Positions 55,053 through 64,000 of a DNA stretch of 64,000 nucleotides are shown piece by piece. Under the pieces are notes generated by a model that was not told the origin of the DNA, made no database searches, and saw nothing but the letters and a program-made list of their open reading frames with translations. The first letter of the stretch is position 1; every line of letters begins with the position of its first letter. The position numbers and the translations under genes were made by a program. The DNA is from Lama glama (Eukaryota), in contig CM052817.1 in NCBI GenBank assembly GCA_028534125.1, forward strand, positions 58,716,001 to 58,780,000, read 5' to 3'.

Positions 55053-57134
55053 AAAACATGTATTTTATGAGACATTGATTCCGAATAAGCCAATTCCTAG
55101 GTAGTGTATGTAAACTAAGATGGGCACTTCCTGGGGTGAACACTGCACAGAAGGAATCTTGTAAGATACTAGATGGATATGCAGAAGTTAATAGTAACGA
55201 TTGTTCTATTTCTTGAGCACTTAGTCCATGAGAATAAGTGCCAGGTACTTGACCAGATGTTAAGGTCTGTTTTCTCTGATGCTAAAAAGAAACTACTAAG
55301 TAAATTCTTAAAAATAAACAGACTCCGAGAGGGTAAACTGTCCCAAGTTCACATTGCTAGTAAGTGGCAGACCTGGCCTTTCTTTTTCTTCTATTTGTAA
55401 CTTACTTATGTCAGGCACTGTACTAAATGTTTACAGATCTTGCACCATTTTATTCTAAAAATAACAAAAGTACCCCCTATTTTTTAATGAGAAAACTAGG
55501 ATTAATAGGATTAATTAACAAGCCAAAGATAAATTAGAGACTATTACCTGGGACTTCCATATATAATCTGTGATCAGATGAAGGAATAGACCTCAAATTC
55601 TTAAGTTCTGTCTCTGCGGCTTTTCTCTTTTTCTTCTCTGATAGCAATCTGTCTTGTTTGTCTACCTCAGTTTACCCATATCTTGCATATCTTGACCTTA
55701 AATCCCAATACCTCTCTTCTTGCCTCTGACCTCTGAGCTCTTGACCCTAACTTTGCCATTTGATGCACTTTTTGTACTCTTGACCTCACTTCCACTTTTC
55801 TATGTGTTTCAGACTAATAACCCAGTTCAGACTGTCAATCATACCTTTTGCTTCAGCATTGGATTTGTCTATGCTTGTCTGAATTGTGTTCCAGCATGAC
55901 AGCTCAGCAAAAAGGGCCCAAATCCCATCCCTTGGAGATAAGGAAATATTACAATTTTGTAATAATTGGATACCTAATGCTGTGAGTTAGAATGGAAAGA
56001 TACCTGAAATTACATTTCACAGGGCATGTCTGTTCATGTTATTTTCATTAATCATTTCTTTTTAAGAAAGATTTCATTGAATACTTTTCTATGCAAAACA
56101 CTGAGAAGCATGGTTCAGGAATACAGAGACAAAAATTAGACATTACTTAGAAATGAATTGCCCCATTAAGAAAATTATACTGACTAGAGGAACTACATTG
56201 TAAAATAAAATGCCTTGTTTCTAACCTTTGCATCTCTCCTTTGCCCACAGTAGAGACATTTGATCTCTCACCTAATTTCTGGTGTCTCATCAGTCTATTT
56301 GTTGCCCCTACTTCTGTCCTACCCAGTCTGCTCAGTGATACTTCCTACCTGAAAGCTCAATTTCACCTCATTCCTAACTACTCTGTACTGAAGCAGGAAG
56401 CAATTTTGTCTGATCTGCACTCTTCTCAGCCCAACACCAGTCTGGAGGAATTTAGTCGTGTCTTCCTCCTTTCTATCTTTCTGTGAACAAATGCCTCACT
56501 GCTGACCAGTAGGCTCTCATTTTGGTTGTGTCAAATGTTCACTTGCCCAGAATTCTTACTGGAAGAATGGAACCACTGTACCTGGAGTCCCGACTCTTGA
56601 CTCCTTGCTACTGGAGCTGAAACTATGTTCCTATTCTTAACTGTTAGAAATTCCTAGGCCCAGTCTAGTCTATGAAGTTGTGAAATACTTAGAACCTTAA
56701 GGTAATTAGACAGTGCTGTAAGTGCTTCACAAATACTTTAAGGGAAGTAGTATTATAATCCCTGTTTCATAGGGAGGTAACTAAGGGATAAGTAAGGATG
56801 GCTACAGTCAGATCCTCCTCTACCTATCCAGTACCTGTCAAATGATTCTGCCTAATTCAAGTATAGACCTTCTAGCTTGCCCCTTTCTCCTACTCATATA
56901 TACATTTTTAAACATACGTACCATGAGATAACAACTGTGAATCCAGTCAGCAACCAAAAAAGATCAACCAATATGTCACCTGGTCCATCTTTTAGCATTT
57001 TACCTTATGAATGGGGCATGTAGGCACATGTGCATACGTGTAATAGATGCATGTGTGAAACTTACTGAAAATGCAACATTGTGTCCAAAGCAAAAAAAAA
57101 AAAAAATCAAAACTCTTCGTGCTACCATGCTACA

Positions 57135-58876
57135 AAATATTAAAGATATTGAATATAGTTCCCTGTGCTATGCAGTAATATGTCCTTGTTGTTTCTCTAT
57201 TTTATATACAGTAGTGTGTATCTGTTAATCCCAAAATCCAAATTTATCCCTCCCCCTTTCTGCATAGATAGCTGTAAGTTTGTTTTCTATGTCTGAGTCT
57301 GTTTCTGTTTTGTAAGTAAGTTCACTTGTGTCATTTTTTAGATACCACACATAAGTGATATCATGTGGTGTTTGTCTTTCTCTGAATGACTTGACTTAGT
57401 ACAATGTCTACATCCATCCATGTTGCTGTAAATGGCATTATTTCATTATTTTTATGGTTGAGTAATATTCCATTGTGTGTATACATATATGCCATATATA
57501 TATATATATACCACTTCCTTATCTATTTGTCAATTGGATATTTAGATTGGCTTCCGCGTCTAGACTATTGTAAATAGTGCTGCTATGAATATTGGGGTGC
57601 ATGTATCTTTTCAAATTAGAGTTTTCACAGGATATTTGCTCAGGAGTGGAATTGATTAATCATATGGTAGCTCTATTTTTAAGTTTTTAAGGAACTTTCA
57701 TACTGTTTTCTATTGTGGCTGCACACAATTATATTACCACCAACAGTATAGGAGAGTTCCCTTTTCTTTACACTCTCCTTTAGCATTTATTATTTATAGA
57801 CTTTTTGATGATGGCCATTCTGACCACTGTGAGGTGGTACCTCATTGTGGTTTTGATTTGCATTTCTCTAATAATTAGTAATATTGAGTCTTTTCATGTG
57901 CCTGTTGGTCATCTGTATATTTTCTTGGAGAAATGTCTATTTAAGTCTTCTACCCATTTTTTGACTTGGTTTTTTTGTTTGGTTTTGTTTGATACCGAGT
58001 TATATGAGCTGTTTGCATATTTTAGAAATCCTTTGTCAATTGCATCATTTACAAATATTTTCTCCCAGTCTGCAGATTGTCTTGTTTTGTTTTGTTTATG
58101 GTTCCCTTTGCTGTGCTAAAACTTTTAAGTTTAATTAGGTCCCATTTGTTTTTTATTTCCATTTCTCTAGGAGATAAACACAAAAAAATTTGCAGTTTAT
58201 GGCAAAGAATGTCCTGCCTATATTTTCCTCTAGGAGTTTTATACTATCCAGTCTTACATTTAGTCTTTTGATCCATTTTGAGTTTGTTTACTTTGTATAC
58301 AGTGTTAGAGAATGTTCTAATCTCATTCTTTTACATGTAGCTATACAGTTTTCTCAGCACCACTTATTGAAAAGGCTGCCTTTTCGCCATTTTATATTCT
58401 TGCCTCCTTTGTTGAAGATTAATTGACTTTAAGTCTGTTGGTTTATTTCTGAGCTCTCTATTCTGTTTCATTGATCTATATATCTGTTTTTGTGCCAGTA
58501 CCATACTGTTTTGATTACTGCAGCTTTGTAGGACTGTCTGAAGTCAAGGAGCGTGATTCCTCCAGCTCCATTCTTCTTTCTCAAGATTATTTTAGCTACT
58601 TTGGGTCTTTTGTGTTTCCATACAAATTTAAACATCTTTTGTTTCAGTTCTGTGAAAAATTCATTGGTAATTTGATAGGGGTTGCACTGAATTTGTAGAT
58701 TGCCTTGGGTATAGTATGGCCTTTTTAACAATGTTGATTCTTCCAATCCAAGAACGCAATATGTCTTTCTTTCTGTGTTGTCTTCAGTTTCTTTCATCAG
58801 CATCCTATAGTTTTTAGAGTACACATTTTTGCTTCCTTAGGTATTTTATTCATTTGATGTGATGGTTAATGAGATT
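57135..58876 (-). mobile_element. 5'-truncated LINE-1, ~1.7 kb, extreme 3' tip missing
   Basis: ORF 58468-58824(-) has the ORF2 motifs [29 protein letters not shown]; 3'UTR starts at aagatattgaatatagttccctgtgc. Confidence 0.95.
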
Positions 58877-60339
58877 AAAACAGCATTTATTCAGTTATCC
58901 ACTTAAATTTTAACTTAAAATGTTTAGATTCATAAATATAAAATTCAAACTTACATGCGTTTGCTGAATGACTACTCAGCATAATAGAAATATATTGCAA
59001 TTAGAATAGATTAGAATATGCATAATAGACTTTAATATCAATACAATGTAGAATTATCTTTGTTTGATCTTAAAGTTGACACTTGATTCCTGAAATTAAT
59101 TAATTTGAATTGATCCCTTACTGTTAGTTTAATGGCACTAACAAGAAAAATAAGTAAGACCAGAAGAGTCAGTATTCATAGTGATTATCTAATCTCACTT
59201 CAGGAAAAAACATTGTTTAAAGTCCTTGTTCACTAGGCATGTTTTCTGCCCTAATGAGAATTCTCATTCAGTTCTCACAACCTCTGAGAAAGGCTTTGTC
59301 TCCATTTGAGAAGCTGTGATTTAGAGTGGTTCAGTAATTTGTCCATGGTCACATGGATGGTAAGTCATGGAATCAGGAATAGGCCCCAAGTTTTGCTAAA
59401 TCACTGAGCATTCTGCAACATTTGTATTCTTTCAACCTCTCAATTATGATGCAGTCTTTTAAAGTCCTTTTCCATGATACAAGATAAAAATAGTAAGATA
59501 TATATGAGCATGAGAAATGAAAGAGGGCAAAATTATTCATTTCTCTTTTGTTATAAAAATTGAAGTGATGACTTTTACCAAATCATGGGCAAAACAATGA
59601 ATAAGAACTTTTTACTTCCATAGTTACTACACTATTTAAACAAAGCAAGAGAGAATATTATTTTCACTGCATTGGCTTAATTTTTATATAGGAATATCTC
59701 TAATCTCAATTTAATTTGACAGGAAATTAAAGGAGTAATTGAAATTTTGAATATTTATATGCCCTGAATTTTGTTTCTCAGAATGTGCCTCAGTGGGCCA
59801 CATAACTAATCTTTTTAACTGCATGTAACCATATTACATCTGGGATAAATGTAAGGCTTGTAATATGCATTTGAAATATGTAATGTTTAAGCAAGGAATG
59901 TATCATAATGTACATACAGATGACAGAATATTAAGAAACAGCAAAAGACAGGATATCTTCGGGTACTACCTTCCAATATCTGAGTAGTTTTACAGACATA
60001 AAAGGATTATTTTTAATACTTACTTTAGCCAGAGTGTGCATGTTTTTAATAGACAGCTATTTTAAAGTTTATTTATTCACTTTTGGATAATGAAAAATTT
60101 CAGTAGTCACTGAAGGCAGTTTATTAGTATAATGATAATATAGCCAGAGTAGCATGAAAGGAACAAGTTATAACGTGAATTTAGGTAATTATATAATATT
60201 CTCTTTAAGAAAAGCAAAAATAATTTTTAATATCTGAATGCTGTTAATTTTTTGGTAAAATGTAAATCATATTGGATTTTAATACATTGCTAACCACTCA
60301 GATTTTAATTTTAAATATATATTTTTGTATATCTATATA

Positions 60340-60618
60340 TGTTTACTGAAATATATAGTCGGTTTACAATGTTGTATCAATTTCTGGTGTACAGCATATT
60401 ATTTCAGTCATACATGACCATACATACATATGTTCCTTTTCATAATCTTTTTCACCGTAAGTTACTATAATGTACTGAATATAGTTCCCTGTGCTATACA
60501 GTATAAACTTGTTTATCTATTTTATGTATAGTAGTTAGTATCTGCAAATCTCGAACTCCCAGTTTATCCCTTCCCACCCCTTTCCTCCTCTGGTAACCAT
60601 AAGTTTGTTTTCTATGAT
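60340..60618 (-). mobile_element. L1 3'UTR fragment
   Basis: Closely matches the 3'UTR at 51810-52075 (caccgtaagttact, tagtatctgcaaatct). Confidence 0.85.
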
Positions 60619-60882
60619 TGTTATTATATATTTGCAGTTGTATTGAAAAGTCTTTACCAATCTATTTTCATGTATTGTTCTATATGAAGGTATTTGTGGA
60701 TGCTAACATTGACTTTAAAATTATGAAATAAATCTGACCTGAAGATCTGTTGCATAGCATCTTGAATCTGAGGATGCTACATAACAGAATCCTGAGACCA
60801 GGATTTTCAGTCTCTGAATTATGGAAATTGATACAGATGATAGATAAGTAGACAGAGACATGGATATAATTTTTTTAGTATC

Positions 60883-61283
60883 TGTTATGGATTCTTTTGG
60901 GTCCCCCGCCAAATTCATATGTAGGAGTCCTAACTCCCAGTACTTTATAATGTGATTGTATTTGGAGGTTGGGCCTTTGAAGAGGTAATTAGGGTTGAAC
61001 GAAGTACTTTAAATGAGGTGGGGCCCTCATCCCAGGTGACTAGTATTTTATAAGAAGAGGAAGATAGGCCAGGGTTGCTCATGCGCAGAGAAAAGGCCTT
61101 TTGAGCACACAGCATAAAGGCAGTAATCTGCAAGCCAAGAAGAGAAACCTTAAGGGAAACCAAACCAACTGATTACCTTGATCTTTCACTTCTAGCCTCC
61201 AGAACTGTGTGGAAATGAGTTTGTGTCATATAAGCCACCCATTCTGTAATATTTTGTTGTGGTGGAACTAGCAAACGAATATA
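60883..61283 (+). mobile_element. Solo MaLR LTR (MLT1A/B-like) with 5-bp TSD
   Basis: tgttatgga, ccaaattcatatgtaggagtcctaac, cttctagcctccagaactgtg, taagccaccca; flanks GTATC and GTCTC. Confidence 0.85.
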
Positions 61284-61559
61284 GTCTCTTACCATATATT
61301 GAAAGATTCAAATAAAAATTCCGTAGAACTTTGAAAGTTAGGAGTTACCGTCAGATGTTTTACTTTCTCCTCATTTTGTTATTTGGGTAAGGATTTAATT
61401 CTGCCATTTATTAACTTTGTGACCTTAAATATCTCACTTAACTTCACTTGTATGGGTAACTTCATTTTAAAAAGTTACATGTTTATCTCTGAAATTGGTT
61501 GTTTGCTCTAAAATTTTCTATTTTCAGTATTGCAAACATAATAAGTGTATACAAGGCAA

Positions 61560-62250
61560 CTAACCGAAGGAAAATATTTGCCACTGATTATGGCAGGTGG
61601 TGTTGATATCTTAGTTTATATTAAAAGGCAGTACACATTATTAGAAAAAGGTATTGAGAATCAAAATAATAAATTGGAAAAGGGAATGAATGTATGATGT
61701 AAGAAAAATACATTTAAATATGATTAAGAAAAAGTGAAAAAATGTCATCCAAATGCAGATAAAACAAGGTTTTATTTTTCATATACAACATTTGAAATAT
61801 TCAAAATTTAGTTGTAGAACATAAGATATATTTACTGCTACTGTAAGAATAATTAGCAGTAATTTCTTGTCAAGTAATTGACAGTAGGAATCAGGATTAA
61901 AAGAAATATTCACAGCTTTCAACTCCATAATTATATTTCTGGAGATCTATCTTAAAATATAAACCAAAATACTATAAACACTTTAAGATTAAAGTCATGA
62001 CTGTAGCATTATTTATAATAGTAAAAACTAGAAAAATCCAGGGATGCAGCAATAAGTAAAAAGCAGTAAGCTTTTTAAATAAAGCTTGTTATGGTAATTT
62101 TGGAAATAAATAAAAATAAAGCAGATGCACCAAGGGAAATACTGCTGGAGAATACAAACTATTATGTTATCAGCAGTTATAGGTGATTAAAATGTGGCTG
62201 ATTATTTTCTCCATAAGCTTTTAAACATTTTCAAGTTTTCTGACTATTCC
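61560..62250 (+). mobile_element. Ancient L1 (L1ME-like) fragment
   Basis: aattatatttctggagatctatcttaa, ctgtagcattatttataatagtaaaaactagaaa. Confidence 0.5.
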
Positions 62251-62254
62251 TTCT

Positions 62255-62980
62255 TGCAACATACCCAGTTAATTTCTGACCCAAAACCATTTTACATTTC
62301 TTTCTTACTAACAAAACCCTGAGTATTTTAGAGAAGCATATGCCCAGCTAAAAATACTAATTTAGCTTCCTTTAACGATAACGATGATTACATCAGACAG
62401 TTGTACTTGATGAAATATAAGCAGAAGAGATTGAATGAGGAGTCCAAGAAATTTCTTTAAAATGGATTGGTCTTTTATGGCAGCCACCTTTTATTTTCTG
62501 TTCTTCCCCTCTTCATACCTGGAATTAAAATACGACACTGGATGTGAAACAACCAACTCGTGACTGCAAGACCACAGATAGGATTCTAAAATCCCACGCC
62601 AAGGAAGGCTTAGCAGAAAGACACAAAGCATCTGTATTTCTCATATCATTTTGGATACTGCTCCAGCCCTGAGCTACCTATTTCCAGACTTTTTTTTTTG
62701 AGGTGATCAATGTGTTGATTATTATTTTTTTATTGAAGAATAGTCAGTTACAATGTGTCCATTTCTGGTGTACAGCATAATTTCTCAGTCATGCATTTAC
62801 ATACATATATTCATTTTCATATTCTTCTTCATTGGTTATTACAAGATATTGAATATAGTTCCCTGTGCTAAATAGAAGAAACTTTTTTTTTTCTTAAGGG
62901 ACAAAAATTCAATTCCTAATTTGTTTAAGCCATTGTTTAATTATGGTTTCTATGCTTCCAGCTAAAAGCAATCCCTGACA
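62255..62980 (+). mobile_element. Old MaLR LTR (MLT1J-like) interrupted by an antisense L1 3' tip (about 62700-62881)
   Basis: atgcccagctaaaatac, ccagccctgagctacctatttccagactttt, the L1 tip, then tttgtttaagccattg and cagctaaaagcaatccctgaca. Confidence 0.7.
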
Positions 62981-63172
62981 TCTTTATATATGTATTGCAT
63001 ACATACATATAGATATTATTTATTTTGTATATTTTATATATTTAAATTGATTAGATAAGTTTCTAAAGAATATGAAAATATATATTTGCAATTATATATA
63101 TACGTATATGTATATATAAACAGATAGGAGTACACTTGACAGAGACAGAACTATACACAAAGAACTACATAC

Positions 63173-63217
63173 CTATATATGTACATATATGTATATATAT
63201 ATATATATATATATGTA
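63173..63217. repeat. (TA)n-rich microsatellite
   Basis: Directly visible dinucleotide run. Confidence 0.9.
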
Positions 63218-64000
63218 GTTTTTTCAAGATTTAGCTAAAAACAAGTTACTTAATCATTTATATCTTAGATTCCTCACTGTTAATAGGAGGATAATGGTAG
63301 TATTTTCCTTGTATTTGTGTGTGTGTGTGAATTTAAATACTTAGAACAGTATTAGGAGTTTATGAAGTTCTCCATAAATGCTGTATCTAAATCATGGTTT
63401 GCAGTCAACTTGCATAATAGATCCTAATCTGCCATTTTAAAGATACCTCTCAGGAATTTATCTTTCCAAAATGTCTATTATTTTCTTTTCTTTTTCATTG
63501 CTTCATTAAATCTGCAGTTAATATATTTATGTCACATGAGTCTAATTTGGATTCAAGGTATAATGCTGAATTTCCTAACATAGCTTCTCAATATGAAAAA
63601 AAAAATTTCTTTAGTATGAACAAAAATGAGTCAGAATGAAATTGAAATTGTGATCTCCAAATTAGCTTTGTGATGAGGATCTATAGATTGTAACTGAGTC
63701 TGTCTCTCTGTTAGGTTAGAGATGTTTCCTGGGGAAATGTGAAGTTTACATATTTTCAGTGCATGATTTGTAAAGATGCCACTGATGGGAATTATTTATG
63801 TGATAGTCTTTAGAAAGCTTACGTGATAAACTTCAGTTCTTAAAAGATTTTACTTTGAAAACTGTTCTCTGAATTTTGTTTTCTGTTTTATCAGAAACCT
63901 TTTAATGTCACATATTTAAATTTTAAGAATATTGAAAGCAAGATTAATTGTCTATTAAATTAAACGTTAAATAGAATCATAAATGTATTCTGGAAGAGAA

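Noticed and set aside
1..64000. CRISPR arrays, operons, tRNA or rRNA genes
   Set aside because: This is mammalian intronic DNA; I saw no regularly spaced repeats or structured RNA genes. The tRNA-like matches are only retroviral PBS sequences.

Overview
AT-rich, CpG-poor mammalian genomic DNA that is almost entirely intronic. I can support one host coding exon: 78 nt on the + strand (7946-8023, ERVRHLQKAFTSKVDKSTQTELLGYD), which I recognise from memory as CCSER1/FAM190A. The rest is repeat-rich intron: five larger LINE-1 copies whose 3' ends all lie on the - strand (one with a twin-priming 5' inversion, one containing a 500-N gap), short L1 3' tips, two decayed ERV1-type proviruses with paired LTRs, PBS and PPT, a solo LTR with a TSD, MaLR (MLT1) LTRs, MIR/L2 remnants and a MER20. 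The L1 3'UTR style and the lack of recognisable Alu, B1, Bov, PRE or Can SINEs suggest a camelid (inference, not verified). The most unusual items are a fossil Mutator-like (MULE) transposase whose reading frame is restored when an inserted L1 is removed, and a ~200-bp local duplication with uneven identity. I see no convincing novel multi-gene system. Nearly all ORFs in the track are chance ORFs or L1 ORF2 remnants. Repeat family names come from recalled consensus features, not a database search.
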